Of a stretch of DNA of 64,000 nucleotides, positions 1-9,571 are shown one piece after another. This DNA is from a virus. Taxonomy: Duplodnaviria > Caudoviricetes. The notes beneath the pieces were generated by a model that worked only from the letters and a program-made list of their open reading frames with translations, did no database searches and was not told where the DNA came from. The position numbers were made by a program, and so were the translations under genes. The stretch covers positions 1 through 64,000 of IMG/VR virus record IMGVR_UViG_2854078061_000001; one strand, written 5' to 3'. Each line of letters begins with the position of its first letter. Position 1 is the stretch's first letter.

Positions 1-411
1 ATGACTACTATCAATTTGAAAGAATTTTATTATTGGTACACGCAGGATCAGCTTATCGAAGTTTCTGACGAGGTGGCCGAGGTATTCAAGGCCGATGCCC
101 GCTATGAAATGGCCTACCAGCGGCGGCTCTCCCGGCACAAGGCGCAGTATTCTCTGGACTGCGATGACGGGATTGAATATTCCGCTTGCCTGCATGAGCC
201 GACCCCGCAGGAGCTCCTTGAACGGATGGAAACCTTTCTTCGTCTGTGGAACGCTCTCAATTCTCTGCCGGAGATCCAGGGCCGCAGAATTGACGCACAT
301 ATCATTCTTGGCAAGTCGATTAAGGAAATTGCCGAGGCCGAGGGCGTACATGAGGAGTCTATTCGCCAGTCGATCAAGCGTGGCCTTGAACGCATGAAAA
401 AAACTTTTTGA
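1..411 (+). CDS. Sigma-70 region 4 / ECF-like HTH protein
   Basis: C-terminal LPEIQGRRI..GKSIKEIAEAEGVHEESIRQSI helix-turn-helix. Confidence 0.75.
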   Translation: MTTINLKEFYYWYTQDQLIEVSDEVAEVFKADARYEMAYQRRLSRHKAQYSLDCDDGIEYSACLHEPTPQELLERMETFLRLWNALNSLPEIQGRRIDAHIILGKSIKEIAEAEGVHEESIRQSIKRGLERMKKTF

Positions 412-760
412 TTTTTTCTTCTTAACCCACTTGGAATTGATGAAAAAATGTCTCGGTTTATGAGAGGAGGTTTTCTTCTTAACGCAAGGGAATAACGGCA
501 ACCCTGAGTAAGTACGGGGAGCCAAACGGTGGGTGCGCGGTGACATTTCCCAAAAGGGATTGAGCGAACAACACCAACACTGTAAATGGGCCCGGCCATC
601 CCAAGGCCATGATCCGGCGCTGAACAGGTTGGCTGCCTGTTCCTCCGGGCTTGTCGCTTTACTTGCGTTGAGAGCGCCGCACAGAAAATAACGATTGTCT
701 TTGGACAGGCCAAGTAAATATGTGCGGCGCTCTCTAATATTCAAAAACTATAATAAACCT

Positions 761-1190
761 CGAGACAAAGTGTCCCAAGGTGGAGTAAGGCAACAGGCCA
801 GCATCCCGGTGGTGCTGGCCTGTTGCGTTTCCCCACCATACAGCGGGAGGCGTTCTATCAATCTGCGAAGGAGGTTTACCGTGAAATTAACTACACAGGA
901 ACTTGAACAAATGAGAAGCGTTGACATTGGCGCGGTGGCTGCCGAGTCCCTGCCTGATGTGAGCGGTATGACCTTTGACAATGCGCTTTCCCGAAAGGAG
1001 CGCATCACTCGATTTTTGCAGACTGTCAAAAATCCATACTGCTTTTGCATCGGTGGCGTTGGCGTGAAAATTGAATTTGCTGAAAGCGGGCCATCTCTCC
1101 AAGATAAGTTGACGGATTTCCTGCTGCGGCAAAGAAGCGGGCTGTAACTTCGGTTACAGCTCGTTTTGCTTCTTCGAGACAAAGTGTCCC
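761..1190 (+). repeat. 16-bp direct repeat CGAGACAAAGTGTCCC at 761-776 and 1175-1190
   Basis: Identical copies upstream of the 881 ORF and of the recombinase. Confidence 0.8.
881..1147 (+). CDS. Small conserved protein upstream of recombinase (DUF6870-like)
   Basis: GGAGG RBS then GTG; KNPYCF..G..VKIEF motif typical of ORFs preceding these recombinases. Confidence 0.55.
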   Translation: MKLTTQELEQMRSVDIGAVAAESLPDVSGMTFDNALSRKERITRFLQTVKNPYCFCIGGVGVKIEFAESGPSLQDKLTDFLLRQRSGL

Positions 1191-1265
1191 GAAGCGGAGG
1201 CATCCTTGTTGTCCTCCCCGGACAGAGTTATAATATAAGTGTAATGTGATAGGGAAGGAGGAACA

Positions 1266-2948
1266 ATGGCACGAGCAAAAAACAGAGGGTATCAGCAGAG
1301 TTTCTCTCCCTCTTACACAATCCGCCGCTGGCGGCTGGGCATCTATATCCGGCTTTCAAAGGAAGATTTGAAAAAAGGAAAAGACGATAGCAACAGCGTA
1401 AAGAACCAGCGTGACCTACTGAACGATTTTTACCGGCGCAACATTGACGAGTTTGAAAGTATCACGGAATATGTAGATGACGGACATACTGGAACGGACG
1501 CTAACCGTGAAGATTTTCAACGGCTCTTGGCGGATGTCATGAGTGGTAAAATCAACTGCGTTATAGTAAAAGACCTGTCCCGCTTCGCACGAAATTATAG
1601 CGATGCCGGAAGTTTGATCGACAACCTGTTTGTTCAAATGGGTGTTCGCTTTATCAGTCTTGCTGAGAATGTGGATAGCTACAAGAACCCCGACAGCGTT
1701 TCAAATATCATCGTTCCCATTACAAACGTGATGAACGATAATTACTGCTATCAGACTTCCAAAAAGATCCGGCAGGTGTTTGATTACAAGCGGCGCAACG
1801 GCCAGTATATCGGAGCATTTGCTCCTTACGGCTATGTAAAGCACCCAAAAGACAAGCACAGGCTGATTGTTGATCCCGATGCTGCTGAAAATGTCAAACG
1901 CATTTTCACAATGATTATTCAAGGGTCATCAAAACGTGCTATCGCGCTGTACCTGAACGAACACGGCGTACCGAGCCCCTCGGCTTACAAGGTACAAAAG
2001 GGCTTGCCTGTTTCGACAAGAGGGTATGACGATCCTATGTGGGGAGTCCGCATGATCCACTCCATTCTTACCAATCCAACCTATACCGGGGACTTAGCCC
2101 AAGGACGGAGCCGAGTGAAAAGCTACAAGGTACACCAGATTGAAGCTGTTCCCCGTGAGGAATGGGTGGAAGTGGCTGGAACGCATGAGGCCATTATCGA
2201 CTATGAAACTTTCGATAAGGTACAGGCTCTCTTACAGCGTGATACCCGTACTTCCCCGAAAGGCCGTGAGGTACATTTATTCAGCGGCTTTCTGAAATGT
2301 GCCGATTGCGGGCGGGCCATTACTCGATGCGTTAGCAAGAACAACAATGTATATTATTCTTGCTCAACCTACAAGAACCGTTCCCGGACAGCCTGCACCA
2401 TGCACTCAATCAAGCATGAACGGCTGGAGGCTGCTGTTTTGTTCGCTGTACAGCATCAGGTGCATTTGGCTGTTTCCTACTCGGAAATCGTCACACAGAT
2501 CAATTCCGCTCCAATCAAAAAAAGCCAGTCTTACCGACTGGACGATCTGATAGCTGCAAAAGAGCGGGAACTGACAAAGATAACACGCTACAAGCAGTCT
2601 CTTTATCAGGACTGGAAAGACGGTGAAATCACCCAGCAGGAATACCGGGATATGAAGGCCGACTATGAACGGCAGACTTCTGATATTTCCGCAGTGCTTA
2701 CCCGGCTGAACGCTGAACGCGCAGAACTGGCAAATGGTGTAGATAACGAACATCCTGCACTGGTAGCCTTTATGAAGTATCAGAACATTGAAGCCCTCAA
2801 CCGTGAAATCTTGGTTGAACTTGTGGACTATATCAAGGTCTATGAAAACGGCAATATCAGCGTGAAATTCAAATTTGCTGACGAGCTCCGCAAGATTGCC
2901 GAGTACATTGAAATCAACACTACGGAAGATACCGCAGTAGCGGGCTAA
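1266..2948 (+). CDS. Large serine recombinase (resolvase + recombinase + Zn ribbon)
   Basis: YIRLS catalytic motif, DDGHTGT, VKDLSRFARNY, CADCG zinc ribbon, coiled coil. Confidence 0.92.
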   Translation: MARAKNRGYQQSFSPSYTIRRWRLGIYIRLSKEDLKKGKDDSNSVKNQRDLLNDFYRRNIDEFESITEYVDDGHTGTDANREDFQRLLADVMSGKINCVIVKDLSRFARNYSDAGSLIDNLFVQMGVRFISLAENVDSYKNPDSVSNIIVPITNVMNDNYCYQTSKKIRQVFDYKRRNGQYIGAFAPYGYVKHPKDKHRLIVDPDAAENVKRIFTMIIQGSSKRAIALYLNEHGVPSPSAYKVQKGLPVSTRGYDDPMWGVRMIHSILTNPTYTGDLAQGRSRVKSYKVHQIEAVPREEWVEVAGTHEAIIDYETFDKVQALLQRDTRTSPKGREVHLFSGFLKCADCGRAITRCVSKNNNVYYSCSTYKNRSRTACTMHSIKHERLEAAVLFAVQHQVHLAVSYSEIVTQINSAPIKKSQSYRLDDLIAAKERELTKITRYKQSLYQDWKDGEITQQEYRDMKADYERQTSDISAVLTRLNAERAELANGVDNEHPALVAFMKYQNIEALNREILVELVDYIKVYENGNISVKFKFADELRKIAEYIEINTTEDTAVAG

Positions 2949-3037
2949 TCCCCGCTACAAACCCCTTTGACAGTGTGTTTTCCTAATAGGAGCTAATCAT
3001 ATTATAATACTACGAGACCAGTCCTATAAATCGGACA

Positions 3038-3823
3038 TCAAGCCATTTTTAGCGCCATTCGATTGATAGTCATAACTAACTCGTTGACACGGTTTCTATC
3101 GATGGTGTCCGGCAAAGCAGTATTCACCTTATCGTACTGCAGGCGCTTTTCATATTCTTTGTGGAAATCTTTTACATCGTGCTTGATATAACCGTTTGCA
3201 GCCTGGAATTCGCCGTTTCGAGCCATCATCAACAGGTCGTGATTTTCCGCCCGATTCGTAATGATCTCACCCTTTTCCAGAATATCAAAGACCATAAGGT
3301 AAAGACGAATCATATTCATAATGGTTTTGTTCATTCGCTTCTTTGTACTCTGATCTTCTGGGTATTGATTACACCATTCGCCCAAAGTGACTGCCTTCTT
3401 GAACAATTTATCTGCAAAGCCACCAAACGAATACACGACCTGTCTGGATAGAAACAACTTCTTATTATCCATCAAAAGCTTTGTGGCCGGATGATAGCTG
3501 ATGACAAGATCGTCAGCATTTCCAAGCTGCTCCAGCATGTTCGGATTACCGCTGCACATTAGCTTGACTGCTTTATTGAAGCTGAATACCGTTGTATCAG
3601 TAGTTTCATCGACCCAGTGATCGAACGTGTCCATGCCAAGTAGTTCATGTTCTGTGTTAAGCGCTACACCGCGAATGTCAACGTCTGACCCTTCCACATT
3701 CGTTCCATAGGCGTGGCTGCCGCCAATGGTCAAAAACATCACTTGCTTGCCCAAATTCGGATTGGTGCGCAGAAAATTATACGGTTCGCTTGCAATGATC
3801 AACTGCAATTCCTCTCGTGTCAT
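3038..3823 (-). CDS. Pol-beta-superfamily nucleotidyltransferase (RlaP-like)
   Basis: GGSHAYGT...SDVDIRGV motif and GNPN. Confidence 0.8.
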   Translation of the reverse strand: MTREELQLIIASEPYNFLRTNPNLGKQVMFLTIGGSHAYGTNVEGSDVDIRGVALNTEHELLGMDTFDHWVDETTDTTVFSFNKAVKLMCSGNPNMLEQLGNADDLVISYHPATKLLMDNKKLFLSRQVVYSFGGFADKLFKKAVTLGEWCNQYPEDQSTKKRMNKTIMNMIRLYLMVFDILEKGEIITNRAENHDLLMMARNGEFQAANGYIKHDVKDFHKEYEKRLQYDKVNTALPDTIDRNRVNELVMTINRMALKMA

Positions 3824-3838
3824 TTTTTATCACCTCAC

Positions 3839-4417
3839 TCATCCATCAATACTTTCCCAGATTTCCCCACGATAGCGATGATAGTTATAGCCATCTGTAA
3901 ACGTCTTGATCATATATGTAAGATCATCGAACGAGAATTCGCCAGGATTGATCTTGAGCTCCGGAATAGTGTCAAAATCAATATCGCAATCCTCGCCAAG
4001 TTCATCCCGCAGAGATTCGTCCGAATCATACCACCAGAAAACCGAGTTACAAATCATTTCGTTATCAAAATCAATGATCAAATCGCCCTCAGACCAGTAT
4101 TTTTGCTTGTCCATTACCTGCTCAGAGATTGCAACAAGACCATCGTTGCGGGAGCCATCGTCCTTAAACTCAACATTCGGGAAACGCTTATTGAACTCCG
4201 GCTTATCCTCAAAATCGATACAGCCTCCATTGGACTCCATGAAGCGAACGATACGCAGGATCAATTCGTCCTTTGACGTGGTATCTTCCCATTTGACATT
4301 TTTAAGGATCTTCTGAGCTTCGTCCAGTGCGCTTGTGGTATATGCAGACCAATGATAATAAATCTTGGCGATGTCTTCGTCAAACGCATGGACCGTAATA
4401 ACCAACCGCTGTCCCAT
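3839..4417 (-). CDS. Hypothetical acidic phage protein
   Basis: ORF in operon with RBS. Confidence 0.6.
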   Translation of the reverse strand: MGQRLVITVHAFDEDIAKIYYHWSAYTTSALDEAQKILKNVKWEDTTSKDELILRIVRFMESNGGCIDFEDKPEFNKRFPNVEFKDDGSRNDGLVAISEQVMDKQKYWSEGDLIIDFDNEMICNSVFWWYDSDESLRDELGEDCDIDFDTIPELKINPGEFSFDDLTYMIKTFTDGYNYHRYRGEIWESIDG

Positions 4418-4731
4418 TATTTCAACTCTCCTCTTTCGTACAGTCGCTTTTTATATTCTTTTGATCTTCTGTGCGCTTCCCGCATTGTTTCTGCATCCGG
4501 GCGATAATACATCCAGTGTGTTCTGTTGTATTCATCGTTCTTTCGTTTTGCCCGCTGATCGACAATGAGCGAAATCGTTTTGTGCGAGACATTGTACTCC
4601 CGCGCCAGACCCCGGAGTGAGTATTCGCCGGTTTCAAACTTACAGGCGATTTCTTCCTTTTTGGCCTTGGTCAACTTTACCCGACGATCCTGAGTTTCTG
4701 ATAGCCGACAGGTTTGCCACTTGCTTGCCAA
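4417..4731 (-). CDS. HTH DNA-binding protein
   Basis: SLRGLAREYNVSHKTISLIV HTH. Confidence 0.65.
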   Translation of the reverse strand: MASKWQTCRLSETQDRRVKLTKAKKEEIACKFETGEYSLRGLAREYNVSHKTISLIVDQRAKRKNDEYNRTHWMYYRPDAETMREAHRRSKEYKKRLYERGELK

Positions 4732-4902
4732 TCAATCATCCTCCGATTCTGCGAACGCCGATTCAAACTCATCCTCATAGCTTTCGAGCTCTCCGTTATC
4801 ATACTTTGCCAGAGCCTGCTGCATTGCATCTTCTGTGTCTTTTGCATCCTTTATATGTACTTCGTAATAGCGATTTGCTGTAATATATACTGTGTATCCC
4901 AT
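4732..4902 (-). CDS. Hypothetical protein
   Basis: AAGGAG RBS; MGYTVYIT start. Confidence 0.55.
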   Translation of the reverse strand: MGYTVYITANRYYEVHIKDAKDTEDAMQQALAKYDNGELESYEDEFESAFAESEDD

Positions 4903-4916
4903 ATTGCCATCTCCTT

Positions 4917-5195
4917 TTAACAGTGACAGAGCAACCACGAAACCAGATCATCATGCTTGAACCAGCCCGCCGGGAACCCTCGCCAGTTGTTTTTATCCGT
5001 CCAGCTCCTGGATTCCATCTGGCCGATTTGCTGAAGCTCTACTGAAAGACGCACCAAGAATTTCTTGCAGTCCGCTTTATTATTCATTGCTGTCTGCATT
5101 ACAAAATTATCCTGCAGCTTGCCATTGACGACCTCACAGATCGCACATGGACAGTTGTGACAGTTCTTTTCGGCGCACATCAAACAGGGCGACAT
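4917..5195 (-). CDS. Cys-rich hypothetical protein
   Basis: N-terminal CxxC clusters, GGAGG RBS. Confidence 0.55.
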   Translation of the reverse strand: MSPCLMCAEKNCHNCPCAICEVVNGKLQDNFVMQTAMNNKADCKKFLVRLSVELQQIGQMESRSWTDKNNWRGFPAGWFKHDDLVSWLLCHC

Positions 5196-5207
5196 TGTAA
5201 TTCCTCC

Positions 5208-5792
5208 TTATACACCATCAATATGGCTGGCCATCATATCAGCGGTATGAGTCCATAGCACATTAGGATACTTTGCAATGGCATTACCATAATATTTCCA
5301 CTCATTGGTGTCGGTTTCATATGCACCCATGTGCCAGCGGATACACGCGACTTCTTCCTCAGTCAGAGTGATGATGCTTGCCAGCATACAGATTGACTTC
5401 TCACCGTGATGACTGAATATGAAATCGGTTCGATAGCTATAATGATACCCTGTCGTCACAAGATCAATCATATAAGTGTTATCAAGCTTGTATTGATCTG
5501 TCTTACATAAATCGTGAAGCAGCCCAATGATAAATGGAGAGCGTGGATTGGCCCATTTTAGACCGAGCTTTTCTGTTAAAGAGACCAGATTTTTGGCAAC
5601 GGCGATACTATGTTCAGCAAGACCACAAGGATGCGCGCCATGATATTTTGTAGACGCAGGAGCCAACCAAAACTCATGTTCGTTCAGCCATTGGGTGAGT
5701 TTGATATAATCATCCCACGTCAGATATTTTTTCAAGTCTTCATAAATCTCGCTTTTGAGTTCGTCCTGCTTCTTTTTAACTTCTTCGTTCAT
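5208..5792 (-). CDS. HD-domain phosphohydrolase
   Basis: APASTKYH, LAEHS, LLHDLCK, HGEKS, WHMG, ADM motifs. Confidence 0.85.
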   Translation of the reverse strand: MNEEVKKKQDELKSEIYEDLKKYLTWDDYIKLTQWLNEHEFWLAPASTKYHGAHPCGLAEHSIAVAKNLVSLTEKLGLKWANPRSPFIIGLLHDLCKTDQYKLDNTYMIDLVTTGYHYSYRTDFIFSHHGEKSICMLASIITLTEEEVACIRWHMGAYETDTNEWKYYGNAIAKYPNVLWTHTADMMASHIDGV

Positions 5793-5897
5793 ATCTATTC
5801 TCCTTTGCAAATTGTTTTGGCGGCGGTTATGTCTACCCCAGTACCGCTACTCACCTGGCATTCGGACGTTAGCCGAAAATAATAATCTCTTCCATGT

Positions 5898-6482
5898 TTA
5901 CTTCTCCTCGTTCACGATCTCAATCTGGCACATCTTCATAGCTGCCAGCGCATTCTTGTGGGACTCAGGAGTAACACCGGCACAGCAGCTTGCATCCACA
6001 ATGATAGGAACCTCAGGCAGTGCTGCCTTAAGCAGAAGCGCGTTCGAAATGACGCAGATATCCGTGCAGAGGCCGACCAGAGTAATGGAATTGATCTTAA
6101 AATCTGCCATTCCTCCAATTGTAGAGAAATGAGAGTCGCATAAATCTTCCATTAGCAATGTCGAACCGAAAGTTCTCTTTTCGTAAATTTTTGCTTGTGG
6201 GTCTTTCATTTCCAGCAAAAGATCGTGTTCGATTTCATCAATAAATAACCAGCCCCTCGTATGTTCGATACAATGTTTTACAGGAAGATGTTTGCCTTCC
6301 TGAGTTTCGAGGTAGTTGTCATAATGCGTATCCTGCGTATACAGAATTTCACCCTTCCAGTTCTTGATCTTCTCAACGACCTTCGGCACAATGGCCTGCG
6401 CTTCAGGAGTACCCAGCGGACCGGTGACAAAATCGTTCTGCATATCGACAACGATCAGAACATCAACTTTTTCCTTTTCCAT
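5898..6482 (-). CDS. pncA: Nicotinamidase / isochorismatase family
   Basis: VVDMQNDF, DTH, HC, GLCTDICV motifs. Confidence 0.85.
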   Translation of the reverse strand: MEKEKVDVLIVVDMQNDFVTGPLGTPEAQAIVPKVVEKIKNWKGEILYTQDTHYDNYLETQEGKHLPVKHCIEHTRGWLFIDEIEHDLLLEMKDPQAKIYEKRTFGSTLLMEDLCDSHFSTIGGMADFKINSITLVGLCTDICVISNALLLKAALPEVPIIVDASCCAGVTPESHKNALAAMKMCQIEIVNEEK

Positions 6483-6498
6483 TTTGAATCCTCCTTGA

Positions 6499-7263
6499 TT
6501 AGAACAACCAATTAAACAAGGTCGGGTCATACGTAGGCATCGGCAAATCCTTAAACAAATTTGCCTCGTGCATCCGATCAATCTTGGCAGCCGTTGCAGT
6601 GTCTCCGCCAAACTCGCCAGTACGAATATATTTATCAAGAAAATCATAGGTGAAGCCGAAATTATCCTCGTCGGTCTTTCCAGTCAGTCCATCTTCCGGC
6701 GCTTTCTCGATGAACTTTTCAGGAAGACCCAACTCACGACCAACGGCTTTTACCTCAGTGACAGTCAGCTTACTGAGAGGACTGAACTGACCAAATCCAT
6801 CCCCTCCCACAGTTTGCCATCCGACGAAATTTTCTGAAGCGTTGCAAGTGTTAGCTACTCGCCCATTCATACTCTGACTCACCATGAACAAAGTCGCCAT
6901 ACGAATTCGTGCCGGCAGATTCACACGAGCCTGCTTGGAATCGCACAGACCAGCTGCCCGTCCATTGGCCAATAATGCGTTCACAGTTTCGGCAATATTG
7001 ATTTCATGAGACTGGATTCCCAGATAGGCAACCAGTTCCCGCGCCACATCGATATCACTCTGAGCACCCTGGGGCATCAAAACACCGATTACACGGCCAT
7101 TGCCCAGCGCTTCACAGCACAGAGCAGCCACGATACTGGAATCCTTGCCACCAGAGATACCGATCACCGCGTTGCAATCAGGACCATTCTTGCGGAAATA
7201 GTTCCGAATCCACTCGACGATTTCATCTTTTGTTTTTGCTGCGTCAAATTCATACTTGCGCAT
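6499..7263 (-). CDS. nadE: NH3-dependent NAD synthetase
   Basis: GISGGKDS PP-loop, NLPARIRM, KAPEDGL..TDE. Confidence 0.9.
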   Translation of the reverse strand: MRKYEFDAAKTKDEIVEWIRNYFRKNGPDCNAVIGISGGKDSSIVAALCCEALGNGRVIGVLMPQGAQSDIDVARELVAYLGIQSHEINIAETVNALLANGRAAGLCDSKQARVNLPARIRMATLFMVSQSMNGRVANTCNASENFVGWQTVGGDGFGQFSPLSKLTVTEVKAVGRELGLPEKFIEKAPEDGLTGKTDEDNFGFTYDFLDKYIRTGEFGGDTATAAKIDRMHEANLFKDLPMPTYDPTLFNWLF

Positions 7264-7264
7264 A

Positions 7265-7738
7265 TTATTTACCCTCCAATCTCCACAGTTCCACGTCAAC
7301 GTCTTTAAATGTAAAATCGATGATTTCTTTCACAAGCAGCCATTTTGCGCCACCACGAACACAGCCGATTCCATACGGCATAGCCACTTTGACTCCTGAT
7401 GCCTTGGCGATTTTGGCCACTTCTTTGAATGCTTCAAACAGTGCGCCAACAGACGTGTACTGCTTTCCGTCATATCCATAACTGTTCTGACCGAAGCAAT
7501 TGACGATCCATCGAGAACCTTTTTCATCAACTGGAACCATCTGAGCGACACCCAGCATTCGTTCAGGACAATCCTTGTTGCTTTCGCAGTAAGTGTGATA
7601 TTCCTCGTACACCTTTGGATACCGCTCACGAACTTCTTTGGCAACACCTGACCCCATAACGCCCTGACAATTCACCTGATGACAGATGATCTTAGCGTCA
7701 GAATCAAACACATTGCCTTCTTTGATTACAACAGCCAT
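7265..7738 (-). CDS. Macro domain protein (ADP-ribose processing)
   Basis: HQVNCQGVMGSGVA and MPYGIGCVRGG motifs. Confidence 0.88.
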   Translation of the reverse strand: MAVVIKEGNVFDSDAKIICHQVNCQGVMGSGVAKEVRERYPKVYEEYHTYCESNKDCPERMLGVAQMVPVDEKGSRWIVNCFGQNSYGYDGKQYTSVGALFEAFKEVAKIAKASGVKVAMPYGIGCVRGGAKWLLVKEIIDFTFKDVDVELWRLEGK

Positions 7739-7741
7739 ATT

Positions 7742-7942
7742 TCACCTCCGATTTAACTCTTTGATTCCAAAATATTGTGCTCCTCGTTGACTGTGCAGAT
7801 TAAAATTCTCAAGGTCCTGCGTCCACACCATCACGTTCAGATTGTCAAACGCTCCTGCCTTAATCAGCTTCACAGCATCTTTCCGCTCACCTTTCCAGAT
7901 AAGTCTTTGATTACTCCAAAACTGAAGAACCGGCTTCTCCAT
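7742..7942 (-). CDS. Hypothetical protein
   Basis: ORF in operon. Confidence 0.5.
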   Translation of the reverse strand: MEKPVLQFWSNQRLIWKGERKDAVKLIKAGAFDNLNVMVWTQDLENFNLHSQRGAQYFGIKELNRR

Positions 7943-7948
7943 CAGAAT

Positions 7949-9421
7949 TCACCTTCCCCACAGACGATCGCGAATTTCCTTCAGACTGTACTCTTTGACC
8001 ATAGCCCCATTGCGGAACACGGTTTGCAGAAGATTACCATCCGAATGAGCGGCGTGATCCATCAGACCATCAGTACAAACCAGCTTTCCAGAATCATCCT
8101 TAGTGACATAACACATACCCTTCAGACTCTTCTTGAAATGATCGGTGTCGGTCTTGGGGTCCTTGAAGATCTGGATTTCTTTGCCGTTGACCACGCCATA
8201 AGTTGCCTTGACTGCCATGCCGAACGTATCGCGAGTGAACGGCTTCAACTGGCCATTCTGCTCGATGCACTGCATAGAGAAAGAGCCAACACCCAGGCTA
8301 ACATTGTTGCAGGCAAAACCATGCTCCTTGAGTTCGGCATAAATCTTTTCGCACCGCTGCACCGTAATGGAATCGCCGTACAGGGCCTTTACATGAGGGT
8401 CGAGCACCTTATAACCCTTACTGTTGACTGTGCCGCCAAAGATATCCCACAGATGATAGACCGTCTGCGTAACGATTTCGACCGGATCGCCAGAGTCGCC
8501 ACGGATCAGAAGCGTACCATTATGAGCCATGATTTCATCCTTGAGCTGCGGCAGGATATTATCAACCAAATTCCAGTAGTCGTAGGAATCAGACACCATA
8601 CTGAAGCTCATATTGGGATACAGCTCCGTCAGCGCCCGACGGATGAAAGTGATCTCGTCGCCATCGACAGCGAAGTTAGAACACATCACACTATGCTCGG
8701 TGCTAACAGCGCCAAACGCAACGGGCTCTTCCTCACAATTGCAGCGATACATTTCTTCCAGATACGGAATCGCAGGGACAGTAGCTGTGTTCAGAAAGCT
8801 CAAACACCAACCGGCGCTTGACTTAACTGCTGACTGCATACACTCCTGACCACGGAAACTGAAATCACCCAGAGCACGAGCATGCGGCACGCCATCCTCA
8901 ACGGTTTCATCGTAATACTTGTCCACGATATCGCGATACAGGGTGCCGACCGTTGCAGAAATCATCGGATGCCACAGCTCAGAACTCATAAAAGATTCGA
9001 GGAACTGCGGAACCCATGCGAAATCAGGATGCGTATTGCTCATCTCAAGGAACGGCACATGGATGGGGCAGCGAGTACCTTCTGGCAGCGCCTTAATTTC
9101 AACAGGAAGATATCCCAGATCATGTAGCGCTGCAATCTTGCTCAGATCGTAAGCATCCTTACCAATGGTTGCATCCAGAACACGTTTATATTCTGCGACG
9201 ACCTTATCCTTGGGCTGATTGAAGAACTGCTCTTTGAAGTAGCGCACCAGATAATCCTTGCAGAATGCCTGAATACCGAACACAACGACTTCATCTACGC
9301 CATCCAATCGGCTCATGCGTGGAGTAAAATAACTGACCAGCTTGGTAGTGCCGGCCGGAAACTGCTTACTGTGAGTCGTCTTGTAGAAATCGCACAGCAG
9401 CATCGGGTTGATATTGATCAT
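7949..9421 (-). CDS. Nicotinamide/nicotinate phosphoribosyltransferase family (NadV/NAMPT-like; Namat candidate)
   Basis: DFYKTTH, DFSFRG, TEHSVM, SMVSDSYD, IRGDSGDP, YGDSIT, KDPKTD..KKS. Confidence 0.9.
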   Translation of the reverse strand: MININPMLLCDFYKTTHSKQFPAGTTKLVSYFTPRMSRLDGVDEVVVFGIQAFCKDYLVRYFKEQFFNQPKDKVVAEYKRVLDATIGKDAYDLSKIAALHDLGYLPVEIKALPEGTRCPIHVPFLEMSNTHPDFAWVPQFLESFMSSELWHPMISATVGTLYRDIVDKYYDETVEDGVPHARALGDFSFRGQECMQSAVKSSAGWCLSFLNTATVPAIPYLEEMYRCNCEEEPVAFGAVSTEHSVMCSNFAVDGDEITFIRRALTELYPNMSFSMVSDSYDYWNLVDNILPQLKDEIMAHNGTLLIRGDSGDPVEIVTQTVYHLWDIFGGTVNSKGYKVLDPHVKALYGDSITVQRCEKIYAELKEHGFACNNVSLGVGSFSMQCIEQNGQLKPFTRDTFGMAVKATYGVVNGKEIQIFKDPKTDTDHFKKSLKGMCYVTKDDSGKLVCTDGLMDHAAHSDGNLLQTVFRNGAMVKEYSLKEIRDRLWGR

Positions 9422-9570
9422 TTCAAATTCTCCTTTTCAATTAGTCGGAAGTAGTCGTCAAGGACATTTTTTAGTTCCTGCTTACAACACCATCCGAGCT
9501 CGTCAGACTCTTGGACTTGACAAGCCAGAATATCAAGAGCGTTATAGACTTCTTCTTTGTTAAATTTCAT
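9418..9570 (-). CDS. Small hypothetical protein (50 aa)
   Basis: Read manually (MKFNKEEVYNALDIL...); stop overlaps the next start (ATGA). Confidence 0.5.
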   Translation of the reverse strand: MKFNKEEVYNALDILACQVQESDELGWCCKQELKNVLDDYFRLIEKENLK

Positions 9571-9571
9571 A

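Larger units (their letters stand above)
1..3000 (+). mobile_element. Right end of a serine-recombinase integrative element (IME/ICE-like)
   Basis: Sigma-4 HTH, small ORF and large serine recombinase on + strand, converging on the - strand phage genes; exact boundary not determined. Confidence 0.6.
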
